DNA of 64,000 nt. It comes from Octopus vulgaris. Its lineage: Eukaryota. The notes under the pieces were generated by a model that saw nothing but the letters and a program-made list of their open reading frames with translations, did no database searches and had not been told where the DNA came from. Positions within the stretch are counted from its first letter, which is position 1. The number at the start of each line of letters is the position of its first letter. The DNA is taken from positions 22,506,001 to 22,570,000 of the forward strand of contig OX597836.1 of assembly GCA_951406725.2 (NCBI GenBank). Direction: 5' to 3'. Positions 39,073 to 51,468 of this stretch are shown piece after piece. The translations under genes were made by a program, and so were the position numbers.

Positions 39073-39681
39073 AATGTGAGTGTGTGTGTCTAAAACAACA
39101 AGAATTACAAAGAAAGCAACAACTGCTAAATGAATTCTCTCAATTCCTTATTGTCAATCACTAAGGAATATTTTTAACAACAACAGTAACCATATTATCA
39201 CTATGAGATTTATTTTTAAGAGGATATGATATATCACAAGTGCTCACAAGAGATTGTGGTAAATGAAGCAGCCAATGGTAGGCTTGGAAAGAATTCTCTC
39301 AGCTGCATTCATTTTATCAAAGAATATGTATGTGTGTGTATTCGTATGAGTGTGGTTGTGTGTGTGTGTGCATGCATGTCTGTATGTGTGTGCATGTATG
39401 CTTGTGCATATGTGTATGGTGTGTACATGTGTAAGTGTATATACATGTTTATAAACAAACACACACACACACATATACATACATACATACATACATATAT
39501 ATACACACATATATATATGCACATAAATATGTGTATAAAAAATATCTATAAGTTCGTGTGTGCGAATATATATACATATATATATATATATGTATGGATA
39601 TGTATATATACACTATACATACACACATGTATATATTATACATATGCATACTCATATACACAGATCCACAAATACATATAT

Positions 39682-39768
<87 letters not shown>

Positions 39769-40181
39769 TCATGTTCACACACACACACACAAATGCATAT
39801 CTATGCATGCAACTGGTGAGTGAGTGTCCTTAAGGCCACACCACTCCTTCATTGGCTGAATGAACCGTAAGAAATCCTAAGAGACACAATGTTTTGTGCA
39901 ATGGTGTGTATGACAAATGGTATAAAGATGGCAACACTTGATAGATCCTTTGTTTGTTTAATTGATGTAAAATAAAAGAAATGATGCAAAGAGGAAGAGA
40001 CTAGAGAAAGAAGAAAGAGAACAAGGAGGAAAAAAAATCATTCAGAGCTGTGCATTGTGTGTGTGTGTGTGTGTGTGCGTGTGTGTGTGTGTGTGCGTGT
40101 GTGTGTGTGTGTGCGAGTGTGTATACAATCATACATACAACATACATATAAATATATATCTGTATATGGGTGTGTGTGTAT

Positions 40182-40510
40182 AGCCTTCGGGCTCCCCAGA
40201 CCCCAGTTGAACCGTCCAACCCATGCTAGCATGGAAAGCGGACATCATCGTTTAACGTCCGTTCTCCATGCTAGCATGGGTTGGACGGTTCGACCGGGGA
40301 TCTGGGAAGCCAGAAGGCTGCACCAGGCTCCGGTCTTATCTGGCAATGTTTCTACAGCTGGATGCCCTTCTTAACGCCAACCACTCCGTGAGTGTAGTGG
40401 GTCCTTTTTACGTGCCACCTGCACTGGTGCCAGGCGAGGCTGGCATCGGCCACGGTCGGATTGGTGCATTTTACGTGCCACCTGCACAGAAGCCAAGTTG
40501 AGGTGGCACA
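40182..40510. mobile_element. Family D: tail-to-tail inverted pair and a longer minus copy
   Basis: Arms 40182-40243 and 40257-40319. Confidence 0.8.
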
Positions 40511-40513
40511 TAT

Positions 40514-40722
40514 ATCTGTAAAATAATATGTGACAATTATTCAATAGCCAAGATAAAACTCTGAGTTTCGGACGCTGAGGTGGAAATCCACAACACCATC
40601 TCTTCGGTTCTATCTTGGCTATTGAATAATTGTCACATATTATTTTACAGATAAATTTCCTCTGTATACATAATATTGAGGTCTCTTTCTTTCTTTTGTT
40701 ATCTTACCGTTTTTACCAATCT
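40514..40722. mobile_element. Short element with a perfect approximately 42-bp inverted duplication (Penelope-like end)
   Basis: atctgtaaaataatatgtgacaattattcaatagccaagata at 40514-40555 is inverted at 40611-40652. Confidence 0.65.
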
Positions 40723-40753
40723 ATATATATATATATATATACACATACACACA

Positions 40754-40892
40754 CTGTTGTATCTGGGGTGAGTCATTTTCTTTTTGTGCCTTATAATTTA
40801 ACACACTCACCGGTAAAATTTCCACTTATTTCTTATTTATATTTTCCTAAAATTTTCGCTGCGTCTTGCAACCTTTTCAATAGTCTTGACTC
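40754..40892 (-). mobile_element. Family F element with candidate U3:A8 hammerhead at 40847-40883
   Basis: CTA-TTGAAAA-G-GTTGC aagac GCAGC-GAAA-A-TTT-TAG. Confidence 0.65.
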
Positions 40893-40998
40893 TGTCCGTT
40901 ATTTACACTGCGTTCCTTTTTTGTTTGTTTGTGCACAGAAACATATGTAAGCTAACTGGAATAAATGCATAAACATCCATTATTTGTGTGCATTTGCG

Positions 40999-41365
40999 CA
41001 GGAGTGATTCCGGGTTCAGTCCCACTGCGTGGCATCTTGGGCAAGTGTCTTCTGCTATAGCCCCGGGCCGACCAATGCCTTGTGAGTGGATTTGGTAGAC
41101 GGAAACTGAAAGAAGCCTGTCGTATATATGTATATATATATATATAAGTGTGTGTGTATATGTTTGTGTGTCTGTGTTTGTCCCCCTAGCATTGCTTGAC
41201 AACCGATGCTGGTATGTTTACGTCCCCGTCTCTTAGCGGTTCGGCAAAAGAGACCGATAGAATAAGTACTGGGCTTACAAAGAATAAGTCCCGGGGTCGA
41301 TTTGCTCGACTACAGGCGGTGCTCCAGCATGGCCGCAGTCAAATGACTGAAACAAGTAAAAGAGA
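40999..41365 (+). mobile_element. SINE A (deletion in head)
   Basis: Family match. Confidence 0.88.
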
Positions 41366-41371
41366 AAAAAA

Positions 41372-41421
<50 letters not shown>

Positions 41422-41424
41422 AAT

Positions 41425-41900
41425 AAAATACAAAAATGGGACAAGAACACAAAACATCCAGACAGTTAGGTGATACAAAAAGGGGACAACAAAACATCCA
41501 GACAGACAATACAAGGAAAACAAGGACGGGTCATTCAGAGTTTTCTTTCCTCAGTCAAGTTCCAGATTATCTTTGCAATTTCAGCTGATTATACTGGAGA
41601 TTACTCCAATCTGGCCAGCCCCAAGGAAAAACTAAGCTAAGAGCACTAGATTCCTTGGAAGAAAGCAGCGAATGTATACAAAAACAAGGATAGAAAAAAA
41701 ACGGAGAAATGTTACACAAATACAAATAACAACAGGTGTCTTTCAACCAAGGACGAATTAAATTAAGCTGGGATGTGTGGAAGTAAAGCCTTATGGCAGG
41801 GACATCAGATTTGACAGGCACAGGGAGGAATATAGATGTTGCACGGGTGGTAGTCGAACCAAGAAAGAAAGGTCAGGCTTGGCCAAACACCGGTCACATG
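41425..41900. repeat. Family G longer copy, unclassified, abutting (TA)n
   Basis: First part matches 35225-35356; right boundary uncertain. Confidence 0.6.
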
Positions 41901-41934
41901 GGGAGAGAAGAGAGAGAGGTAGAGGCAGAGGCAA

Positions 41935-42270
41935 GTGTAGCTGTGTAGTTAAAAAGTTTGCTTCCCAACCATATGGTTCCAGGTTCAGTCCCACTATGTG
42001 GCACCTTGAGTCAAACAAAACCTTGTGAGTGGATTTGGTAAATGGAAACTGAAAGAAACCCACCATGTGTGTGCGTGTGCGTATGTGTGTGTGCATGTGT
42101 GTGTGTATGTCCCCATAACTTAGCAGTTCAGCAAAAGAAAGCAATAGGAAAAATACCAGCTTTAAAAAAACAATAAGTACTGCTGGGGCTTGAATCATTT
42201 GACCAAAATTTTTCAAGGCAATGTCCCAGCATGGCTGCAATCCAATGACTGCTACAAGTAAACAGTAAGG
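41935..42270 (+). mobile_element. SINE A, diverged
   Basis: Family match. Confidence 0.75.
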
Positions 42271-42514
42271 TAAAAAATATCTCAACACTAATTATATCTT
42301 TTTCCAGAGACAAACTTGCATTTCTAACATTCTCAGCTATAAAAACAAACAATAAAAACCCAAAACTCAGTGCAATTCCGCCTTTATTAGATAACAATGA
42401 TGAAGTCTTAACAGAAACGAAAATTACTTTTATCTACAAAGTCAGTGAAATATGGTGCTTGTCAGCAGAAAATAATGGAAAGAACCAGAAATATCAAGAC
42501 CTCTTCTATCTTCT

Positions 42515-42770
42515 TTCTTTTACTTGTGTCAGTCGTTGGGCTGTGGCCATACTGGAGCAGAGCTTTGAAGATTTTTTTATGGTAGAATGAATCAACCCCA
42601 GCACTAAATTTTTGAAGTCTGGTGCTTATTCTATTGATCCCTTTTTGCTGAAATGCTAAGTTATGGGGGATGTAAACACACCAACACCAGTTGTCAAGTG
42701 GTGGTGGTGGTGGTGGTGGTGGTGCAGGGACACAGATACCAGCACACGCACACATACACACACACTCATA
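42515..42770 (-). mobile_element. SINE A, 3' half, diverged
   Basis: Family match. Confidence 0.75.
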
Positions 42771-42791
42771 CATATATAACAGTATATATAT

Positions 42792-43198
42792 AGGCATGGC
42801 TTTGTGGTAAGAAACTTGCTTCCCAACTACATAGTTCCAGGTTCAGTCCCACTATGTGGCACTTGGGCAAGTGTCTTTTACTATAACCTTGGGCTGACCA
42901 AAGCTTTGTGAGTGGATTTAGTAGATGGAAATTAAAAGAAGCCCATTGTATATATATATATTTGGAACCCCTATCTTGCTCAGAACATTGACCTCCTGGA
43001 ATCTGTTCAGAGACGTGCAACCAAACGCATACCCTCCATCAGACACCTACCATACTCTGAGCGCCTTGTTTCCCTGGTCATGGATTCACTGAATGTCATG
43101 ACTCATGCACTGTTCTTTTCCTGACGCTTGTACATTACCCTATGTACTATACATACACTTTAGATGAGTTGTAGTGCACCTGAGCACTGTACACAATG

Positions 43199-43261
<63 letters not shown>

Positions 43262-43480
43262 GTATGTATATGTATATGTGTATATATTTGTGTGTCTGTG
43301 TTTGTCCCGCCCACCACTATCACTTGACAACCAATGCTGGCGTGTCTACGTCCCTGTAACTTAGCAGTTCGGCAAAAGACACTGATAGGATAAGTACTAG
43401 GCTTACAAAGAATAAGTTCTGCGGTTGATTGGTTCAATTAAAGGTGGTGCTCCAGCATGGACACAGTCAAATGACTGAAA
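42792..43480 (+). mobile_element. SINE A interrupted by a CR1 fragment
   Basis: Head 42792-42950 and tail 43285-43480. Confidence 0.85.
42961..43230 (+). pseudogene. CR1-type LINE 3' fragment, internally deleted
   Basis: 42961-43093 is near-identical to 24969-25102; 3' end tagatgagttgtagtgcacctgagcactgtacacaatg(tta)n. Confidence 0.92.
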
Positions 43481-43725
43481 TCCAGTCACACAGCTTTGGT
43501 TGCCACAAAGCTATTGTAGATGACGTCTGCCCAAGGCACCATACAATGGGACTGAAACCAGGATCAGGCGATTTCAAAGCAAACTATTTAGTAACACAGC
43601 CATGCCTGTACATATTTATTATAAAAGATATATGTATCTTGCAGCTATAATGAAAACAGATTTTTCATGCAAGACATCTTAGTACAGATGATTATATATA
43701 TATATACACTAACATACACACACAT

Positions 43726-43766
<41 letters not shown>

Positions 43767-44057
43767 AACACACACACACACACATACATATATGCATATA
43801 CATGATTATATATATATCTCCCTTTCTGTCTATCTCTATCAATACATATACAAATATGCATGCACACGCATGCATATATATATATGCGTGTGTGTGTATG
43901 TATATATATATATATATATTTATGTATCTATATATATATATGCAAATACATTCATATATACATGCGTACATACTTGCATGCATACATGTGTACATACATG
44001 CATACATACATACATACATGCATGCATACATGCATACATACATATATACATGCATAC

Positions 44058-44109
<52 letters not shown>

Positions 44110-44113
<4 letters not shown>

Positions 44114-44252
44114 TCATCATCATCATCATCGTCATTTAACATCCGCTTTCCATGCTAGCATGGGTTGGACGGTTCAACTGGGGTCTGGGGAGCCCAAAGG
44201 TTGCACCAGGCCAGTCAGATCTGGCAGTGTTTCTACAGCTGGATGCCCTTCC
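44110..44252 (-). mobile_element. Family D 3' end
   Basis: Family match. Confidence 0.8.
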
Positions 44253-44333
44253 TATATATATATATACATATTTTATGTATTGGCCTAAGTCTTTCTTTGT
44301 TTGATTTGCATAATAGTGGTTTTGTCTCTAATT

Positions 44334-44379
<46 letters not shown>

Positions 44380-44877
44380 TCATATATAAATATATATATA
44401 TATACACACACACACACATTTATATATACATATATGTGAGCATGTGTGTGCTTGCATATGTGTATATGTATTGATATCGAGAAAGACAGGAAGAAAGATA
44501 AAGAAACAAAAAAGAAATGTAAAGAACAAAAGCGAAGAGAAAAACAAAAGAGAGGGAAAAAAGAAAGAAAAGAGGAGGGAAACAAAGGTAAATCTAATTC
44601 CAAATTGCCTGGAACAATGTAAAAGAGGGATTGGTACGGAACATAAGGGAATAATGCTTTTGTCCAAAGATACCAGCGTACACCATTTATAACTCAACTG
44701 GATCCTTCTTGTATAATGTTTTACACCCTGGTAAACTTTGGAAGGAGAGGGATATATATATATATACATAGGATTTCAGACTAGCTATTGTTTAATATCA
44801 ATGATATATATACCTGTACACACGAGTACGTATGCACACACAAACAGATAATATGTGTATTTATGTACGTGGATATG

Positions 44878-44925
<48 letters not shown>

Positions 44926-45839
44926 TACATGTGCACACGCATATATCAATACATACATACATATGTATGTATATATATGTATGTATGTATGTATGTGTGT
45001 GTGCGTGCATGTGTGTATATGTATATTTATATATATTAGTTATTATTTGATGTTCTAGCAACACGTCCATTTTAAGTTGGACACACACACAAACACACAC
45101 ACATATGTACAATCACACACACACACACACACATATAGATATATATATATATATACACACTCACACACATACAGATACACATATTTATGCATAAATATAT
45201 ATATATATACACATAAATCTATATACACACATACATGCACACGCACACACACACACACACATGCCATAAGCCCCTTTAAGAAGCCCAAATGCAAATACAT
45301 CTACATTACTATAATATATCATTAAATATCGATCAAACCACAGACAGGAACAATACCATGAATCTGCAATAAATTGGAGGACCAAGGCAACCACTTACTC
45401 ACCAGATGACCACTGTCATTAGTCGATTTGCTCGACTAAAGGCGGTGCTCCAGCATGGCCACAAATGACTGAAACAAGTAAAAGAGTAAAGAGTAGAAGT
45501 GTGCAAGAAAAAAAATACATTATTTTCCATTTTACTGATAGTTTTGTTTCATTTTGAAAAATAAAAATTTATGGCGGTGCCCCAGCATGGCCACAGCTCG
45601 TGAGCTGAAACTCGATAAAATAAGAAAAAAAATTTTAAAATGCTATAATTTATTATCAGGGAGTGGCTTCTTTACCTCAAACCCTGTGTGCATATATCAT
45701 TCAGAAAATAACCATTTCCATGTGTTTAAATAATTTCTGAAATAAACATACATTTCATTTCAAAGGCTCCAAGGAAACTCTTAGATGTTGCACATGCATT
45801 CAGCTCTGAGTGCACCGCATTTTGTGGCAGAAACAGCTC

Positions 45840-46032
45840 TTTTACTTTCTTTACTCTTTTATTTGTTTCAGTCATTTGACTGTGGCCAAGTTGGAGCACC
45901 GCCTTTAGTCGAGCAAATCAACCCCAGGACTTATTCTATCAGTCTCTTTTGCTGAACCACTAAGTTACGGGGACGTAAACACACCAGCATCGGTTGTCAA
46001 GCGATGTTGGGGGGACAAACACAGACACACAA

Positions 46033-46077
<45 letters not shown>

Positions 46078-46250
46078 CAAATATACAATGGGCTTCTTTC
46101 AGTTTCCATCTACTGAATTCACTCACAAGGCTTTGGTCGGCCCGCGGCTATAGTAGAAGACACTTGCCCAAGGTGCCACGTAATGGGACTGAACCCGGAA
46201 CCGTGTGGTTGGTAAGCAAGCTACTTGCCATGCAGCCTCTCCTGTGCCTA
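45840..46250 (-). mobile_element. SINE A, full length
   Basis: Family match. Confidence 0.9.
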
Positions 46251-46507
46251 TGAGTTAACTTTCACCATGGCAAATTTTCCACAACAGCACAATCTCTGGC
46301 AGTTCCTCTTCTGTACTATTTTAACTTCAGTAACATCTAAATTCTCTCAGCATTTATCGTTAATACTATTTCAATAACATCTAAACTCGCTCAGCATTTA
46401 TTGTAATACTATTTCAATTATATCAAGCACAGCGGTATTCACACTCTTTCAACCAGCAGTGAAGTTGTGCATCAAAAATCTCAAAAGAATTTGACATTTT
46501 CTTTTAT

Positions 46508-47106
46508 GTGGCAAGCTGGGAGAAACGTTAGCACGCCAGGCGAAATGCATAGCCGTATTTTGTCTGCCGTTATGTTGTGAGTTCAAATTCCGCCAAGGTC
46601 GACTTTACCTTTCATCCTCTCAGGGTCGATAAATAAAGTACCAGTTACAAACTGGGGTCGATGTAATCGACTTAATCCCTTTGTCTGTCTTTGTTTGTCC
46701 CCACTATCTTTAGCCCCTTGTGAGCAATAAAGAAATAAGTATTTCGTCTGCTGTTATGTTCTGAGTTCAAATTCCGCCAAGGTCGACTTTACCTTTCATC
46801 CTTTCGGGTTTGATAAATAAAGTACCAGTTACAAACTGGGGTCGATGTAATCGACTTAATCCCTTTGTCTGTCTTTGTTTGTCCCCACTATCTTTAGCCC
46901 CTTGTGAGCAATAAAGAAATAAGTATTTCGTCTGCTGTTATGTTCTGAGTTCAAATTCCGCCAAGGTCGACTTTACCTTTCATCCTTTCAGGGGTTCAAT
47001 AAATAAAGTACCAGTTACATACTGGAGTCGATGTAATTGACTTAATTCCTTTGTCTATCTTTGTTTGTCCTCACTATGTTTAGCCCCTTGTGGGCAATAA
47101 AGAAAT
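46508..47106 (+). mobile_element. SINE B tandem trimer (one head, three approximately 184-bp bodies)
   Basis: Units start at about 46555, 46739 and 46923. Confidence 0.9.
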
Positions 47107-47489
47107 ATATATGTACAATTGTTGACCTCTGATGCTAGAAACAACAGCCAGCACCCAACAGCTAACTGACTGCTGATCACAGCTTGTAGCAGTTAGCCAT
47201 TCAGCTCAAGCACAAATGATCTTCTACACACAACATCTATTGGAAGGGGACTGATCTGGGGCTTAATAACAAGAACTATGACAATGACATTCTCTGATTC
47301 AAGTTGTAGGGGAGGAGTGGGGGCGCATAGATGATAATCATTTCCTGATGTCACAGAGGATTGCTACCTAACAACAACACTTCAGCTACCATCTCTGCTA
47401 TCATTGCTTGTCACCACCATCACAACCACCACACTTATTGTTAAGGTGGTGGTGATGGGGTGGGACCTTCATCCCCATCATCAGCACTG

Positions 47490-47542
47490 ACACACTACTA
47501 CTACTGCTGCTGCCGCTACTACTACTACTACTACTACTATTG

Positions 47543-47576
<34 letters not shown>

Positions 47577-47718
47577 CGCTACTGCTGCTGCTACTGTCAC
47601 CACCACCACCACTACTACTACTACCGCTACTGCTGCTGCTACTGTCACCACCACCACCACTACTACTACTACTACTACTGCTGCTGCTGATGATGATGAT
47701 GTTGCTACTGCCACCACC

Positions 47719-47768
<50 letters not shown>

Positions 47769-47770
47769 AC
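47490..47770. repeat. (CTA)n/(CTG)n/(CAC)n compound microsatellite
   Basis: Directly visible. Confidence 0.9.
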
Positions 47771-48174
47771 TATTGTTTAACTGCTGCCACCAACGCCACC
47801 ACCAAGGCTACACCATCATTCACAACACCACCACCATCTCCACTAACAAATATACATATGTGTACGTGTGCATGTTTGTGTATTTTGCATGAGTGTATGC
47901 AAGCATTGTATCATATATGTATGTTTGCGTGTATGTGTGTAGAGCACATTGTTTTGTTTGTGTAGATGTGTTTTTTGTGTGTGTATGGCCGTGTGTGTGT
48001 GTGTGTAAGTGTGTGTAAGTGTTTTAATGTGCACTTGTGTATGTGAGCTGTTGTGTGTTACATTAAGTGTTTTTGTAATGTGTTTATATATACGTGTGTG
48101 TACATGTATCTGGGTGTGTGATTATGTATACTTGTGTATGTGTATGCGTTTGTTTGCATGCAACTTGTGAATGT

Positions 48175-48527
48175 ATGCGGCTTAGTGGTTTGGTTATTCG
48201 GCCCAGAATATGAAAGTTCTGGGTTCAATAACTGGTGGTGCATTCTGTCCTTGAGCAAGACACTTTATTTTACATTGCACTGGTTCACTCAGCTGGTGAA
48301 AATGAGTCATTCAAAAGGGCCAGTTTTGTCATATTCTGTGTCACATTGAATCTCCCACAGAGCTTCGTCAAGGGTATGGCTGTGTGGTAGAGGCTTGCTT
48401 CCCAACCATATGGCTCTGGGTTCAGTCCCATTGCATGGCACCTTGGGCATGTGTCTTCTACCATAGCCTCAGCCTAACCAAAGCCTTGTGAGTGGATTTG
48501 ATAGACGGAAACTGAAAGAAGCCTGTC

Positions 48528-48568
<41 letters not shown>

Positions 48569-49503
48569 TATATGCATACCTTCCCTTCTTGGGACACAAA
48601 ACTCTACTTGTGAAGACGTGTTGAGGCAAGTGAGGATCAGAATCGAAATCGATCAATGGAAATTGCGGATGTGCTACCAGTGCCGGTGGCATGTCGAAAC
48701 TCTGCTTGTGAAGACCCATTGAGGCAAGTGAGGATCAGAATCGAAATCGATCAATGGAAATCGATCAATGGAAATTGCAGATGTGTTACCAGTGCCGGTG
48801 GCATGTAAGAGAACCTTCCGTTTCGCGACCGTTGCCAGCACCGCCCCGTTTCGTGTTCGTTGCCAGCCTCGCCTGGCCCTCGTGCCGGTGGCACATAAAA
48901 AACACCATCCGTTCGTGGCCGTTTGCCAGCTCTGGCTGGCACCAGTGCGGGTGGCACGTAAAAAGCACCCACTACACTCACGGAGTGGTTGGCGTTAGGA
49001 AGGGCATCCAGCCGTAGAAACACTGCCAGATTTGACTGGGCCTGATGAAGCCTTCTGGCTTCACAGACCCCAGCAGAACCGTCCAACCCATGCTAGCATG
49101 GAAAACGGACGCTAAATGATGATGATGATGATGATTGATACATATGTGTGTGTGAATGTATGAATGTATGTATCTGTGTCTTTGGGTCTGTGTTTGTCGT
49201 CCTCCCCATTACCGCTTGACAACAGGTGTTGGTGTGTTTACATCCCAGTAACTTAGTGGGTTGGCAAAAGAGACTGATAGAATAAGCACCTAGCTTTGAA
49301 AAAGAGATAAGTACTGGGGTTGATTCATTCAACTAAAATTCTTCAAGGTGGTGCTCCAGCCTGGCCACAGTCAAATGACTGCAACAAGTAAAAGAGTAAA
49401 AGAATGTCTGTGGAGCACTCAGCCACTTGCGCCTTAATTTCATAAATAGTCTGTTCTGTTGATCAGATCAAATGAAACACTTGTCATCGTAACCGCCGGA
49501 GTG
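48175..49503 (+). mobile_element. Nested set: SINE E containing SINE A (48376-49403) containing family D (about 48575-49135)
   Basis: E sequence resumes at tgtctgtggagcactcagcc (49404); A resumes after the (GAT)n tail at about 49140. Confidence 0.8.
48575..49135 (+). mobile_element. Family D longest copy, probable RTE-clade LINE 3' UTR with internal tandem units and (GAT)n tail
   Basis: An approximately 100-bp unit occurs twice, gtgccggtggca recurs, and it ends aacggacgctaaat(gat)n. RTE assignment is from memory and tail type only. Confidence 0.55.
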
Positions 49504-49510
49504 ATAGTCA

Positions 49511-49543
<33 letters not shown>

Positions 49544-49617
49544 GCATGGTGTAGCTGTAATTGAAAGGGCCAGCCATGCCACATTCTGTGTTATGCTGAA
49601 TCTCCCTGAGAACTAGA

Positions 49618-50079
49618 TTAACCCTTTCGTTACCAACCCGGCTGAAACTGCCTCTGGCTCTGAGTACAAATGTCTTGTTTTCATAAGTTTTGAATTAAAA
49701 TCCTCCACCAAACCTTAGTCACAATTTATGTTCCTAACACTAGTGTAACCCTTTAGTGTTCGCATTATTCTGCCAAAATTAATGCTTTTTTATCCACATT
49801 GTTTTGAACTAATCATGCATTATCTTGAAGTTATGAGATTTTGATGAGGTAGCTGTTAATTTTTAAAACAATATTGTAGGGTTGGTGTGAGAGACCAGAT
49901 TTGGCCAGTTTGACCATAAAACAGGCAGAACACTTTTGGCCGGATATGGCCGGTTTAAATGCTAAAGGGTTAATGATAACTGAGTTATTTTACTAAATTC
50001 TTTGTTATATTTAAAATATTTAAAATAATTGAAAGAAACATAGGGCATCTCAAAATAAATATCATAACAAAAGGGTTAA
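49618..50079. mobile_element. piggyBac-type MITE1 with nested MITE2 (49749-49969), inside a SINE E fragment (49555-50180)
   Basis: TTAA-ccctttcgttac..aaaaggg-TTAA; inner gTAA-ccctttag..ctaaaggg-TTAA. Confidence 0.88.
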
Positions 50080-51184
50080 GGGTTCACATGTCTGTGAAGT
50101 GCTCAGCCAATTGCATGTTAATTTCATAAGCAGGCTGTTCCAGTGATCGGATCAAGTGGACCCCTTGTCATTGTAATCAATAGAGCTCTTGCTTTTCTTA
50201 TTGAATGATGCTTAAATTGTGGTCCACTTGAGCTGGGCATACTACAAGGTGAGCATCTCAGGGGTCTTGTTTGTTTGTTTGTTTGTTTACTAAATCCTAG
50301 CTCAACTCAGCTGTGTCCCAGCAGTGCCAGGTTTTTGTTTTTTTTGCATGCCTCTTGTGCTATGTAGTGAGTGGTAACATATATACACACACGTGTGTGT
50401 GTTTGCATGCATGTGTGTATATGTATGTACATGTGTGTGTGTGTGTGTGTATGTGTGTGTGTGTGGGCTACATGATCAGGCAATTTGTATGTCTAAATAC
50501 TTAATTACAGATATCTCTCTGAACACCCCATAACTTACTCCTCTGTCTACCCATCCCCATATCCACCCCAGCACTTACACCCACCTATGCACACCTCCAC
50601 TCCACCCCACTTACTACCTTATTATTTTAATTACCTCCAAGAAATTTCTTATCTCATCCATGTAGCTGAAAAGAAGAGAAAGATATGGTGGTGGCAGTGG
50701 TGGTGGTGGTGGTGGTGGTGGTGGTGTTATGTGGTGCTGCTGCTGGTGGTGGTGGCAGTGGTGAGAGCAGTTGTGGTGATGCCCTCAAAGAACACTGCAG
50801 CTACCACCACCAAACCAGCATTATCACAACCACCCCACCTCCATCTAAACTCCGTGTCTCCACAAAGCCGAGACCCCTCACCCTACATTCCAACATGCCC
50901 CAACTGTCTGGACATGTTTAAACTCTTTCTTTCTCTCCTCCCCCCTCTCTCCTTCCCTCTCTTTCCCTCTAAATGGAAATTCTTGTGATGACTGCTACAG
51001 CAGACAAAAACAAACTTGACTCTACCACAACCCAAAAGTTGCTGCTTTCCTGCACCTTTCATCGGTATTGGGTTCATCCCTGCACAGTGTTTGGGATCAG
51101 TGAGGCTAGTGAGGTTACAACTGTGTGTGCGTGTTCTGAGACCCTGTCTCTCTCTCTCTCTGTTATATCAACACTGGTGTTCAT

Positions 51185-51468
51185 GGTAGCTGAGTAATAA
51201 GAAGTTTGCTTCACAATCACATGGTTCTGGGTTCAGTCCCACCGTGTGGCACCTTTGGAAATGTACATATTTGTGTATGTATTTGTCTCCCACCACCACT
51301 TGACAATGAATGTTGGTGTGTTTACATCCCCGTAACTTAGTGGTTCGGCAAAAGAGACTGATAGAATAAGTACTAGGCTTACAAAGAATAAGTCCAGGGG
51401 TCGATTTGCTCGACTAAAGGTGGTGCTCCAGCATGGCCACAGTCAAATGACTGAAACAAATAAAAGAG
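51185..51468 (+). mobile_element. SINE A with internal deletion
   Basis: Family match. Confidence 0.8.

Noticed and set aside
46555-47106. Regularly spaced repeats as a CRISPR-like array
   Set aside because: Units are whole SINE bodies with no unique spacers, in a eukaryotic context.
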